Source of the DNA: Spartobacteria bacterium
GTDB lineage: Bacteria; Verrucomicrobiota; Verrucomicrobiia; Chthoniobacterales; Chthoniobacteraceae
Direction of reading: 5' to 3'
Length of the DNA: 42,010 nucleotides
Assembly: GCA_043766295.1 (NCBI GenBank)
Contig: JAYUIF010000332.1
Coordinates: 1-42,010, forward strand
Below, piece after piece: positions 6,809 to 15,688 of the stretch (the stretch's first letter is position 1; the number at the start of each line of letters is the position of its first letter). The position numbers and the translations under genes were made by a program. Below the pieces are notes generated by a model. It saw nothing but the letters and a program-made list of their open reading frames with translations. It was not told where the DNA came from and searched no databases.

Positions 6809-8577
6809 TGACCCGCATTCCATTCATTCCCGAAAACGCCCCATTCACCGCCGAGCAACGCGCGTGGCTGAATGGATTTCTCGCCGGAGTTTTCAGCGAC
6901 GCGGGCGCATCCGCCGCGATGGCTGCGCCCATTTCGGCAGAGCCGAAAGCGCCGCTGCTCGTTCTCTACGGCAGCCAGACCGGCACCGCCGAAGGGCTGG
7001 CGAAGAAGACTGCCAAAGCCGCGGAGGGCCGCGGCTTCGCGCCGCGTGTGGTGAGTTTGGAAAAATACGAGAGCGTCGAGTGGGCGAAGGAAAGTAACGT
7101 GCTCGTGATCACCAGCACCTACGGCGACGGCGAGCCGCCCGATCCCGCGCAGGCATTTTGGGGCTGGCTGAAAAGCGAGACTGCGCCGCGTTTTGAACAC
7201 CTCCGCTACAGCGTGCTCGCGCTAGGCGACACGAACTACGCGGAGTTTTGCGCCTTCGGAAAAAACTGCGACGAACGTCTCGCCGCGCTCGGTGCGAAGC
7301 GGGTTTGCGAGCGCAAGGACTGTGACCTCGACTACGAAACGCCCGCCGCGGAATGGACGAACGGCGTCTTCACCGCGCTCGGCGAAGGACTCGCGCAAAG
7401 CCACGAAGACGCAAAGCCGGAGACAGCCGCGCAGACCAGTCACCAGTCACCAGTCACCAGTCACGACCGCAAAAACCCGTTCCCTTCGCCGCTGCTTCGC
7501 AACGTCCAGCTCAACCGCGCTGGCAGCGCGAAGGACGTGCGGCATTTCGAGCTGGGCCTCGTGGGCAGCGGACTCATCTACGAAGTCGGCGACGCGCTCG
7601 GCGTCTTCCCGAGCAACTGCCCGCGCTACGTCGCCGACTTGCTCGCCGCGCTCGGCTGCGATGGCGAGGAAGCCGTGAGCGCCGCTGGCAGCGAGATGCC
7701 GCTGCGCCTCGCGCTCACGCAGCATTTCGACGTGACGAAGCCCTCAAACGAACTGCTCGCCGCCGCCGCCGCGCGCTCGCCCGGCAGCCAACTCGCCGCG
7801 CTCCTCGCGCCCGAGCGCAAAGTCGAACTTAAACAATGGCTGCATGGCCGCGAGGTCATTGACGTGCTGCTCGGCTGCGCGTCGCCGCTCGCGCCCGCGG
7901 AGTTGGTGAAGCTACTGAAAAAACTCGCGCCGCGACTTTACAGCATCTCCTCCTCGCTCAAGGCACACGCGGACGAAGTGCATCTCACCGTCAGCGCCGT
8001 GCGCTACGAAACGCACGGACGCACGCGCGGCGGAGTAGCGTCCACATTCCTCGCCGACCGCGTGGGCGACACGGGCCGCGCGCCGGTTTTCGTGCAGCCG
8101 TCGCACGGCTTCAAACCGCCGTCGGGCGCAGACACACCGATGATCATGATCGGCCCCGGCACCGGCATCGCGCCGTTCCGCGCCTTCCTCGAAGAACGCC
8201 TCGCCATCGGCGCAAAGGGTCGCAACTGGCTGTTCTTCGGCGACCAAAAATGTGCGACGGATTTCCTCTACGAAGAACAGCTCACCGGCTGGCAAAAGGA
8301 CGGCCACCTCACGCGCCTCGATCTCGCCTTCAGTCGCGATCAGGCGGAGAAAATCTACGTGCAAACCCGGATGCTCGAAGCCGCGAGCGAGCTGTGGGTG
8401 TGGATCGAAAACGGAGCCCACTTTTACGTCTGCGGCGACGCCTCGCGCATGGCGAAAGATGTGGACGCCGCGCTGCACACCATCATCGAAAAGGCTGGCG
8501 GAAAATCTGCGGACGACGCGAAGGACTACGTGACCAAGCTGAAATCCGACAAGCGGTATCAACGCGATGTCTATTGA
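6808..8577 (+). CDS. CysJ-like NADPH flavoprotein (flavodoxin + FAD/NADPH ferredoxin-reductase domains) with a short N-terminal extension
   Basis: LVLYGSQTGTAEGLAKK and ITSTYGDGEPPD mark the FMN domain. RLYSISSS, MIGPGTGIAPFRAF and YVCGDASRMAKDV mark the FAD/NADPH domain, and the protein ends ...RYQRDVY. The ATG at 6808 overlaps the kinase stop (TGATG). The 6232-6807 ORF extension is rejected. Confidence 0.9.
   Translation: MTRIPFIPENAPFTAEQRAWLNGFLAGVFSDAGASAAMAAPISAEPKAPLLVLYGSQTGTAEGLAKKTAKAAEGRGFAPRVVSLEKYESVEWAKESNVLVITSTYGDGEPPDPAQAFWGWLKSETAPRFEHLRYSVLALGDTNYAEFCAFGKNCDERLAALGAKRVCERKDCDLDYETPAAEWTNGVFTALGEGLAQSHEDAKPETAAQTSHQSPVTSHDRKNPFPSPLLRNVQLNRAGSAKDVRHFELGLVGSGLIYEVGDALGVFPSNCPRYVADLLAALGCDGEEAVSAAGSEMPLRLALTQHFDVTKPSNELLAAAAARSPGSQLAALLAPERKVELKQWLHGREVIDVLLGCASPLAPAELVKLLKKLAPRLYSISSSLKAHADEVHLTVSAVRYETHGRTRGGVASTFLADRVGDTGRAPVFVQPSHGFKPPSGADTPMIMIGPGTGIAPFRAFLEERLAIGAKGRNWLFFGDQKCATDFLYEEQLTGWQKDGHLTRLDLAFSRDQAEKIYVQTRMLEAASELWVWIENGAHFYVCGDASRMAKDVDAALHTIIEKAGGKSADDAKDYVTKLKSDKRYQRDVY
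7435..7464 (+). repeat. Perfect tandem heptanucleotide repeat (ACCAGTC)x4 plus a partial unit, inside the flavoprotein interdomain linker
   Basis: Read directly: accagtc accagtc accagtc accagtc ac. It encodes ...TSHQSPVTSH... Confidence 0.95.
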
Positions 8578-10273
8578 TATGAGCGGCGTCACACCACTCG
8601 CGGGCGCGAATTTCAGCGCGGAGCAGAAGGAATATCTCAGCGGACTTTTCGCGGGCGTCGCGGTGCGCGGGGAGCGGTTCGCCGATCCGGAGGAGAAACC
8701 CGCGCTGGATGATCTCATCTTCGAGGAGCGCGTGAAGCGCGAGATGCACCCGCTGGATGCGTATGGGCAAATCCTTGAGAACGCTGTGGGGAACAAGGCT
8801 CCCGACAAGGAGGAGACGTTTCGTTTCAAATGGAACGGCCTCTTTTTTCTCACGCCAATCAAGGACTCATTCATGGCTCGGCTGCGGATTCCGGGTGGCG
8901 TGCTCTCGTCGTTTCAGCTCCGCGAAATCGCGCGTGTCGCGGCGGAGTTGACGACGGGCTACGTGCAAATCACCACGCGGGCGAATTTGCAAATCCGGCT
9001 CATCGCGCCGAAGGACGCGCCGGAAGTGCTGCGGCGTATCCAGTCGGTCGGCCTGCATACGCGCGGCGCGGGTGCGGACAACATCCGCAACCTCACAGCG
9101 AATCCGACGGCGGGCATCGATCCGGTCGAGCTGATTGACGTGATGCCGTTCGTCCGCGAGCTGGGGCAGCTCATCATCAACGACCGCGCGTTCTACGATC
9201 TGCCGCGCAAATTCAACATCGCCTACGATGGCGGCGGGCTGATCGGCTCGGTCGAGGACACGAACGACATCGGCGTGAAAGCCGTGCGCGTCGGCGAGGA
9301 AATCCTATTCCGCATCGCGCTCGGTGGCGCGACGGGACACAAGGCTTTCGCGCGCGACATCGGCGTGATCGTGCCGCCCGCGCAGATCAACAAAGTCGTC
9401 TGCGCGCTCGTGCGCGTCTTCATCGCGAAGGGAAATCGCGGCGACCGAAAGAAAGCGCGACTCAAGCATCTGCTGGAGAAAATGCCGGTCGCGGAGTTCC
9501 TCGCGGAGACGGAGAAAGTGCTCGGCTTCACGCTCGCGCGCGCGCCGTTCGATGCGGCGGAGATGCTGTATCCGAGCCAGTCGCTGCCGCACACACACAT
9601 CGGCGACTACCCGCAAAAGCAGCGCGGGCTGAACTACGTCGGCGTCGCCATTCCCGTCGGCCACCTCACGCCGAAGCAAATGCTGCGGCTCGCGGAGCTG
9701 GCGGAACTTTACGGCAGCGGCGAAGTGCGGCTCACGGTCTGGCAGAATCTCATCATCCCGAATGTGAGCGACGCTTTCGCGCCGACGCTGAAAAAGGCGC
9801 TGGAGAAAATGGAGCTGAGCACGCGGCAGTCGAACGTGAAGAGCGGCATCATTGCTTGCACGGGGAGCAGCTACTGCAAATTCGCGCAGTCGAATACGAA
9901 GGGCCATGCGCTCGCGCTCGGCGACTATTTGGAGAAGAAGCTGGAGCTGGATCAGCCGGTGAACATCCACCTCACCGGCTGCCCAAATTCCTGCGCACAG
10001 CACTACATGGGCGACATCGGGCTGCTCGGCGCGAAGGTCAAAATCGGCGGCGAGAGCATGGACGGCTACCACGTTTTCGTGGGCGGCGGTTTCGGAAAAT
10101 ACCAGGCGGTCGGGCGACAGGTTTTCAACGGCGTGGCGGCGGGAGATTTACCCGTGACCATCGAGCGGATGCTGCGCGCGTATCTGCAGCATCGCGTGGG
10201 AAAGGAGACGTTCCTCGCGTTTTCCACGCGGCATGAGGTGGGAAAATTGCAGGAGCTTTTCAGTAATGAGTAA
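8567..10273 (+). CDS. nirA: Sirohaem/[4Fe-4S] nitrite (or sulfite) reductase haemoprotein, NirA type
   Basis: FMARLRIPGG, ITTRANLQIR, GADNIRN, CTGSSYCKFA and TGCPNSCAQHYMGDIGLLG are NIR_SIR motifs. The context (narK, nasA) favours nitrite. The alternative start ATG 8579 would remove the 11-nt overlap with the upstream gene. Confidence 0.85.
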   Translation: MSIDMSGVTPLAGANFSAEQKEYLSGLFAGVAVRGERFADPEEKPALDDLIFEERVKREMHPLDAYGQILENAVGNKAPDKEETFRFKWNGLFFLTPIKDSFMARLRIPGGVLSSFQLREIARVAAELTTGYVQITTRANLQIRLIAPKDAPEVLRRIQSVGLHTRGAGADNIRNLTANPTAGIDPVELIDVMPFVRELGQLIINDRAFYDLPRKFNIAYDGGGLIGSVEDTNDIGVKAVRVGEEILFRIALGGATGHKAFARDIGVIVPPAQINKVVCALVRVFIAKGNRGDRKKARLKHLLEKMPVAEFLAETEKVLGFTLARAPFDAAEMLYPSQSLPHTHIGDYPQKQRGLNYVGVAIPVGHLTPKQMLRLAELAELYGSGEVRLTVWQNLIIPNVSDAFAPTLKKALEKMELSTRQSNVKSGIIACTGSSYCKFAQSNTKGHALALGDYLEKKLELDQPVNIHLTGCPNSCAQHYMGDIGLLGAKVKIGGESMDGYHVFVGGGFGKYQAVGRQVFNGVAAGDLPVTIERMLRAYLQHRVGKETFLAFSTRHEVGKLQELFSNE

Positions 10274-11345
10274 GCTCAACCGCACCGCGCTTCTCGCCGG
10301 CACCATTCTCACGCTCGCCACGGTCGCAGCCATCGCGGTCGGCTCGACTTGGATGCGGCATTTCGATCCGGCGCTCACGGGCTACGCGGTTGGCGCGCTC
10401 ATGGCGGCATTTGCGGTCGGGTATCGCTTCGTGGTGTGGGCGCAGAGGCCGCCGTCGCGGATGTATTTCAAACGCGGGTTCGAGTTGTTCTTTCGTCGCG
10501 CGGGCACAGCGCCGCGTGCGGTGAAAAAAGCGGCGAGCGTCGTCCCGATGCCGCACGGCGCGGGGACGCTCGGCTACGCGCTGGCGCGAAATTTCGTCGC
10601 GCAGGAATTCATCCGGCGGCGCGGCGGCTTCCGCTGGGTCATGCACCTGTGCCTCTCGGGCGGATGCACGCTCGCGTTTGCGATCACGTTTCCGCTCGTG
10701 TTTGGGTGGATTCACTTCGAGTCGTTCGCGGACAACGCGGAGATGTATCACGTCGCGGCGCTCGGCGTGAATGTGGACAGCTTCAGCGTTCACAGCTTCA
10801 AGGCGTTTCTGATGTTCAATCTGCTGAACATCTCCGCCGTCCTCGTGCTCATCGGCCTCGCGATGGCGGCGTGGCGGCGCTTCACGGATGCGGGCGAACG
10901 CGCGACGCAGAGTTTCTCCGAGGACATCGTGCCGCTGCTGCTCATCTTCGCGGTCACAGCGACGGGTCTCGCGCTTACGGTGAGCTACAAATTTCTCACC
11001 GGGCGCGGGCACGGGCTGTGGGCAATTGTCCACATGGTCAGCGTCGTCGCGCTGCTGCTCTACATCCCGTTTGGAAAACTTTTTCATATGTTTCAGCGAA
11101 CGTGTTCGCTGTGCGTGAGCCGCTATAAAAAAGTCGGCGCTGCCGGCGAGCGCGCGCACTGCCGGCGCTGCGGCGAGGACTTCGCGAGCGCGATGCACGT
11201 CGCGGATTTGAAGACGGTGCTCGGCGAACTCGGCTTCGATTACCGCTTCGATGGCGCGCAGGGCGAAGTGCATTACCAAGACATCTGCCCCGCGTGCCGC
11301 CGCGCGCTGCTCGCGCTCAACCAAGGCCGCTCGATAGGCCGCTGA
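10266..11345 (+). CDS. Six-TM membrane protein with NarI/DsrM-like dihaem cytochrome b features and a Cys-rich cytoplasmic tail
   Basis: Six hydrophobic helices are present. There are His pairs in helix 3 (VMHL...WIHF) and helix 6 (IVHM...[11 protein letters not shown], His 18 residues apart). The tail carries CSLC, CRRC and CPAC. The ATG at 10266 overlaps the nirA end by 8 nt. Confidence 0.55.
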   Translation: MSKLNRTALLAGTILTLATVAAIAVGSTWMRHFDPALTGYAVGALMAAFAVGYRFVVWAQRPPSRMYFKRGFELFFRRAGTAPRAVKKAASVVPMPHGAGTLGYALARNFVAQEFIRRRGGFRWVMHLCLSGGCTLAFAITFPLVFGWIHFESFADNAEMYHVAALGVNVDSFSVHSFKAFLMFNLLNISAVLVLIGLAMAAWRRFTDAGERATQSFSEDIVPLLLIFAVTATGLALTVSYKFLTGRGHGLWAIVHMVSVVALLLYIPFGKLFHMFQRTCSLCVSRYKKVGAAGERAHCRRCGEDFASAMHVADLKTVLGELGFDYRFDGAQGEVHYQDICPACRRALLALNQGRSIGR

Positions 11346-11350
11346 TTTTC

Positions 11351-13558
11351 ATGGCAACGCTCACTTTACCCGAGGAAAAATACATCGAACTCTACGGCCC
11401 GACGCTCGCGCATACGCCCGCGGGCGGGTGGAATAACGGCGAGCCAGACAAGCTCGTGAAGACGCATTGCTGCTTCTGCGGCGTTCAGTGCGGCATCCAG
11501 CTCAAGGTGAAGGACAACAAGGTCATCGGCTTCGAGCCGTGGGAGGAATTCCCCGTGAACCAAGGCAAGCTGTGTCCGAAGGGCGTGAAGCGATACATGC
11601 AAAATGATCACCCGGATCGCTTGCTCACGCCGCTCATGCGGAGCGCGGACGGCTTCCGCGCGGCGGGCTGGATCGAGGCGCTGCGCACGACGGCGAACGC
11701 GATCAAAAACATCCAGGCGAAGCACGGAAAAGATGCGTTTGCATTTCTCGGCGGAGCCTCGATGACGAACGAGAAGGCGTATCTCAACGGCAAGTTCGCG
11801 CGCATCGCGCTCGGCACGGCGAACATTGATTACAACGGGCGGCTTTGCATGGTCGCCGCGGGCTCGGCGAACCGCATGGCGTTCGGCGTGGACCGCGCGG
11901 CGAATCCGTGGAGCGACATCCCGCTGGCGAAAGTGATCATCCTCGCGGGGACGAATCTCGCGGAGTGCTTCCCGATCCTCACCGACTACGTGTGGCGCGC
12001 GCGCGATGCGGGCGCGAAAATCATCGTGATCGATCCACGCATCACGCCCATTGGTCGCACGGCGGATTTGTTTTTGCCTGTGCGTCCGGGCCGCGACAGC
12101 GCGCTGGCGAACGGCATCCTGCATGTGATGATCGAGCGCGGGTGGATTGATGAGAAGTTCATCGCCGAGCACACGACGGACTTCGACAAAGTGCGCGAGT
12201 TGGTGAAGCGATACACGCCGGAGTTGACGGAAAAAATCACGGGCGTTCCGGCGAAGAGCATCCTCGCCGTGGCCGAGATGTGGGGCACGGCGGAGACTTC
12301 GATGCTGCTGCACGCGCGCGGCATCGAGCATCACACGAAGGGCACAGAGAACGTGCTGACTTACATCAACCTCGTGCTCGCCAGCGGTCGCATCGGCAAG
12401 CCGGGCTGCGGCTACGGCACGATCACAGGACAAGGGAATGGACAAGGTGGACGCGAGCATGGACAGCGGTGCAACCAGCTCCCCGGCGGGCGCGACATTT
12501 CGAAGCCGGAGCACCGCGAGTTCATCGCGGACTTCTGGGGAATCCCCGAGCCGGAGTTGCCGAAGGTGGGGCTGACGGCGTGCGAGATCATTGATGCAAT
12601 CGAGCGCGGGGAAATCAAAGGGCTGCTCTCGATCAGCTTTAATCCGCTCGTCTCGATCCCCGACAGCGAGCGCACGCGCAAGGCGCTGGAGAAGCTGGAG
12701 TTTTTTGGCTGCATAGATTTTTTCCTCAGTGAGACGGCGCGCTACGCGGATGTCGTGCTCGCGGGCTCACTTCAGGAGGAAGACGAGGGCACGGTGACGA
12801 CCGGCGAAGGCCGCTGCGTGCGGCTGCGCAACTCGGTCTCGCCGCCGGAGAACGCGCGCGTGGACTGGCAGATCATCTGCGAACTCGCCGAGCTGCTGGG
12901 GAAGGAGAAGTTCTTCAAATACAAAAACGCCGGGGAGATTTTCACCGAACTCACGGCGGCGTCGAAGGGTGGGCCGATTGATTACAGCGGGATGACCTAC
13001 AAAAAGATCGAGGACAACATGGGCATCTTCTGGCCGTGTCCCGCGCCCGATCATCCCGGCACGCCGCGCTTGTTCGAGGGCGGGAAGTTTCATCACCCGG
13101 ATGGTCGCGCAAAATTTCACGTTTACGAATACCGCCCGCCCGCCGAGGACGTGGATGCGGAGTTCCCGATCTTTTTCACGACGGGCCGCGTGGTCTCGCA
13201 ATACCTCAGCGGCACGCAGACGCGGCGCATCGGTGGCTTGGTGGATCAATATCCCGAGCCGCTGTGCGAGATGCACCCGCTGCTCGCGGCGAAACTCGGC
13301 ATCGCGGATCGCGACATTGTGAAGGTGACGACGCGGCGCGGAGAAATCACCGTGCCCGCGCAAGTCGTGAAGACGATCCGACCCGACACGGTCTTCATCC
13401 CGTATCACTGGCCGGGCAAGAAGGCCGCGAACCAAGTCACGCTGCGCGCGCTCGATCCGATCTCGAAGATCCCCGAGTTCAAAGTCTGCGCGTGCCGCGT
13501 GGAGAAAGTCGCCGATGCGCCGGTGATGTCGCAGCCGATCGCTTTGAAAACCAAATGA
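11351..13558 (+). CDS. nasA: Assimilatory-type molybdopterin nitrate reductase catalytic subunit (NasA/NarB class), no signal peptide
   Basis: [10 protein letters not shown] is the N-terminal 4Fe-4S motif and [11 protein letters not shown] gives the Cys Mo-ligand context. [15 protein letters not shown] and the C-terminal FIPYHWP...[10 protein letters not shown] are also present. There is no twin-arginine leader. Confidence 0.85.
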   Translation: MATLTLPEEKYIELYGPTLAHTPAGGWNNGEPDKLVKTHCCFCGVQCGIQLKVKDNKVIGFEPWEEFPVNQGKLCPKGVKRYMQNDHPDRLLTPLMRSADGFRAAGWIEALRTTANAIKNIQAKHGKDAFAFLGGASMTNEKAYLNGKFARIALGTANIDYNGRLCMVAAGSANRMAFGVDRAANPWSDIPLAKVIILAGTNLAECFPILTDYVWRARDAGAKIIVIDPRITPIGRTADLFLPVRPGRDSALANGILHVMIERGWIDEKFIAEHTTDFDKVRELVKRYTPELTEKITGVPAKSILAVAEMWGTAETSMLLHARGIEHHTKGTENVLTYINLVLASGRIGKPGCGYGTITGQGNGQGGREHGQRCNQLPGGRDISKPEHREFIADFWGIPEPELPKVGLTACEIIDAIERGEIKGLLSISFNPLVSIPDSERTRKALEKLEFFGCIDFFLSETARYADVVLAGSLQEEDEGTVTTGEGRCVRLRNSVSPPENARVDWQIICELAELLGKEKFFKYKNAGEIFTELTAASKGGPIDYSGMTYKKIEDNMGIFWPCPAPDHPGTPRLFEGGKFHHPDGRAKFHVYEYRPPAEDVDAEFPIFFTTGRVVSQYLSGTQTRRIGGLVDQYPEPLCEMHPLLAAKLGIADRDIVKVTTRRGEITVPAQVVKTIRPDTVFIPYHWPGKKAANQVTLRALDPISKIPEFKVCACRVEKVADAPVMSQPIALKTK

Positions 13559-14256
13559 ACGGCGTGCTCAACGGCAACGAATTTTTCCTCGATCCCTCGC
13601 GCTGCATCGGCTGCCAGGCTTGCGTGCAGGCGTGCGGCGAATGTGGGACGCACCGTGGACAGCCGATGATCCATCTCGAATACGTGCATCGCTCGACCGG
13701 CGTGCAGACCGCGCCGGTCGTTTGTATGCACTGCGAGGATCCGACTTGCGCGCGCGTCTGCCCGGCGGATGCGATCAAGCAGGACGACCAAGGCATCGTG
13801 CACAGCGCCGCGAAGCCGCGCTGCGTGGCGTGCTCGAATTGCGTGATCGCGTGCCCGTTCGGCGTGCCGAAAATGAAGGCCGAGATCGAGATGATGATGA
13901 AGTGCGACATGTGCTACGACCGCACGAGCGTGGGGAAAAAGCCGATGTGCGCGACCGTATGCCCGAGCGGCGCGCTCTACTACGGCCCGCGCGAAACCAT
14001 CGAGAAGCTGCGGCGCGAAAAGCCGGTGAATGAATTCCAGTTCGGACGCCAGACGGTGAAGACGAAGGTGAACATGATGACTTCGCCGGAGTTGAAGGCT
14101 CTGCCGTTCGAGGTGCTCGATTTTCTGCCGTGGGAGGGAAAGGACTTTGATCCGTTTGAACTTTCCCGCGCCGGAGCGCCGGATGCGGCGAGCGCAGCCG
14201 TCTGGGACGAGGCCGTCGCGAGCCCGCGCTGCGGCGGAAACTGCACCTGCCACTAA
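13555..14256 (+). CDS. Four-cluster 4Fe-4S ferredoxin-type electron-transfer subunit (DmsB/NarH/PsrB class)
   Basis: Four Cys groups are present: [37 protein letters not shown] and CDMCYDR...CATVCP. ATGA overlap with nasA. The extra C-terminal motif is CGGNCTCH. Confidence 0.85.
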   Translation: MNGVLNGNEFFLDPSRCIGCQACVQACGECGTHRGQPMIHLEYVHRSTGVQTAPVVCMHCEDPTCARVCPADAIKQDDQGIVHSAAKPRCVACSNCVIACPFGVPKMKAEIEMMMKCDMCYDRTSVGKKPMCATVCPSGALYYGPRETIEKLRREKPVNEFQFGRQTVKTKVNMMTSPELKALPFEVLDFLPWEGKDFDPFELSRAGAPDAASAAVWDEAVASPRCGGNCTCH

Positions 14257-14265
14257 TCACACACG

Positions 14266-14745
14266 ATGCCCGACAACCCGCACTGGAATGCCAACTTCCC
14301 CGTCCGCCAATCCGACGAACACGACGTGACGCGCCGACAATTTTGCAAAGTCGCGTGCGGCTCCGCGCTCGCCGTGGGCGCGGGATTTCTCGCGAAGGAC
14401 AAACTTTTTCCCGCGCCCGTGACGAAGGAGCCGATGCTCGTCGCGCGCGTCGTGGACGTGCCGGTGGGCGGCACCAAGCTCTTTAATTATCCCACCGAGC
14501 ATCATCCCGCGATCCTCGTGCGGCTGGGCGAAAATGAATTCGCGGCATTCAGCCAAAGCTGCACGCACCTGCAATGCCCCGTGCATTACCGGCACGAGCA
14601 GCGCCAATTTTACTGCCCATGCCACGAGGGATTTTTCAGCGCGCAAGATGGCCGCGTGCTCGCCGGCCCGCCGCCGCGCGCGCTGCCGCGCTTTCCAATT
14701 TCAATCCGTGACGGCGAAATCTGGATCGATCCCAAATCCGCTTAG
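14266..14745 (+). CDS. Rieske [2Fe-2S] protein with a twin-arginine/N-terminal anchor motif
   Basis: CTHLQCPVH and CPCHEGFF are the Rieske boxes. The N-terminus, DVTRRQFCKVACGSALAVGAGFLA, looks like a Tat signal or signal anchor. Confidence 0.85.
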   Translation: MPDNPHWNANFPVRQSDEHDVTRRQFCKVACGSALAVGAGFLAKDKLFPAPVTKEPMLVARVVDVPVGGTKLFNYPTEHHPAILVRLGENEFAAFSQSCTHLQCPVHYRHEQRQFYCPCHEGFFSAQDGRVLAGPPPRALPRFPISIRDGEIWIDPKSA

Positions 14746-14798
14746 CCGGGCAGCACGCAACGCAGATTCATAATTTTTGCGCCGCTGCGCCGCTCTGA

Positions 14799-15632
14799 CT
14801 ATTTGCGGATGTGCTTGGCGGCGGCTTTGGCTTTTGCGCATTCGTGGACGATGGACATGAGGGCGCGCGTCATTCCGGCGGGGTCGCTGTGCTGGATGAT
14901 ATTGCGGCCATAGACGATGCCTGCTGCGCCTTGCTGCATGAGCCTCTCGGTGCGGGTGAGAATCTCCGCGTCGCTCGCTTTTCCGCCACCACGGACGAGG
15001 ACAGGAATACGCCCGGCGATCTCGATGACTTTGTGGTAGTCGTCCACGTTGCTGGTGGGGTCGGCTTTGATGATGTCTGCGCCCAATTCACACGCCTGCC
15101 GGACGAGCGGGATGATTTTTCGCGGGTCGCCGTCCACCATGTAGCCGCCGGCTTTGGTGTTTGGCTGGAAGACGAGCGGCTCGATCATCAGCGGCACGCA
15201 GTGGCGTTCGCACTGGGGCTTGAGCTTGATGATGTTCTCGATGCACTGGTCGGTCACTTCGGGTTCGCCGGGGATGCAGAAAAGATTTACGACCACGCAC
15301 GCGGCGTCGAGGCGCACGGCTTGTTCGACGGCGTTATCAATCATCCGCGAAAACAGCGTGCGCGGGAGGTTCGATCCATAGACGTTGGCGACATCGGTGC
15401 GGAGGACGAGCGCGGGCTTCGGGCGCACGGGGAGCGATTGCAAATAGTGCGCCTGGCCGATGGTGAGTTGGATGGCGTCCGGCGCTGCGGCGACGAGTGT
15501 CTTTACCGCTTCCTCAAGATTTTCGATGCCTTGCAAAAATGTGGGCTCATTGAAAAATCCATGATCCACTGCGACATCGAAACAACGATTCGTCTGCGGA
15601 TTGAAGAGGCGTTTGAAGCGGTAGTCTTTCAT
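14799..15632 (-). CDS. DhnA/FbaB-type class I aldolase family protein (FBP aldolase / ADH synthase / LsrF family)
   Basis: FDVAVDHG, AACVVVNLF, GADIIKADP and PVLVRGGGK fit this TIM-barrel aldolase family. Start at ATG 15632; the upstream ORF extension was not used. Confidence 0.7.
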   Translation of the reverse strand: MKDYRFKRLFNPQTNRCFDVAVDHGFFNEPTFLQGIENLEEAVKTLVAAAPDAIQLTIGQAHYLQSLPVRPKPALVLRTDVANVYGSNLPRTLFSRMIDNAVEQAVRLDAACVVVNLFCIPGEPEVTDQCIENIIKLKPQCERHCVPLMIEPLVFQPNTKAGGYMVDGDPRKIIPLVRQACELGADIIKADPTSNVDDYHKVIEIAGRIPVLVRGGGKASDAEILTRTERLMQQGAAGIVYGRNIIQHSDPAGMTRALMSIVHECAKAKAAAKHIRK

Positions 15633-15688
15633 GCGGCGCGAAGCGTGGGAAAAATTGAACGCGCACGGCAAGCGGATAGCGCACGCGA

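Noticed and set aside
7440-7462. Shared 'PVTSH(Q)' peptide between the flavoprotein linker and the start of the ORF at 16312
   Set aside because: The underlying DNA differs (cagtcaccagtcac versus ccagtaacgtctcac), and the match is only five or six residues, so it is coincidence.
8567-10273. Reading CysJ-like + NirA as an ordinary CysJI sulfite reductase
   Set aside because: This is not fully excluded, because the NIR_SIR family does not reveal its substrate by eye. However, the pair is embedded, with overlapping junctions, between narK and nasA, so nitrite is the more economical assignment.
10260-12514. 354-aa and 382-aa minus-strand ORFs
   Set aside because: They are antisense to the membrane protein and to nasA. 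They are extremely Arg-rich and are shadow ORFs.
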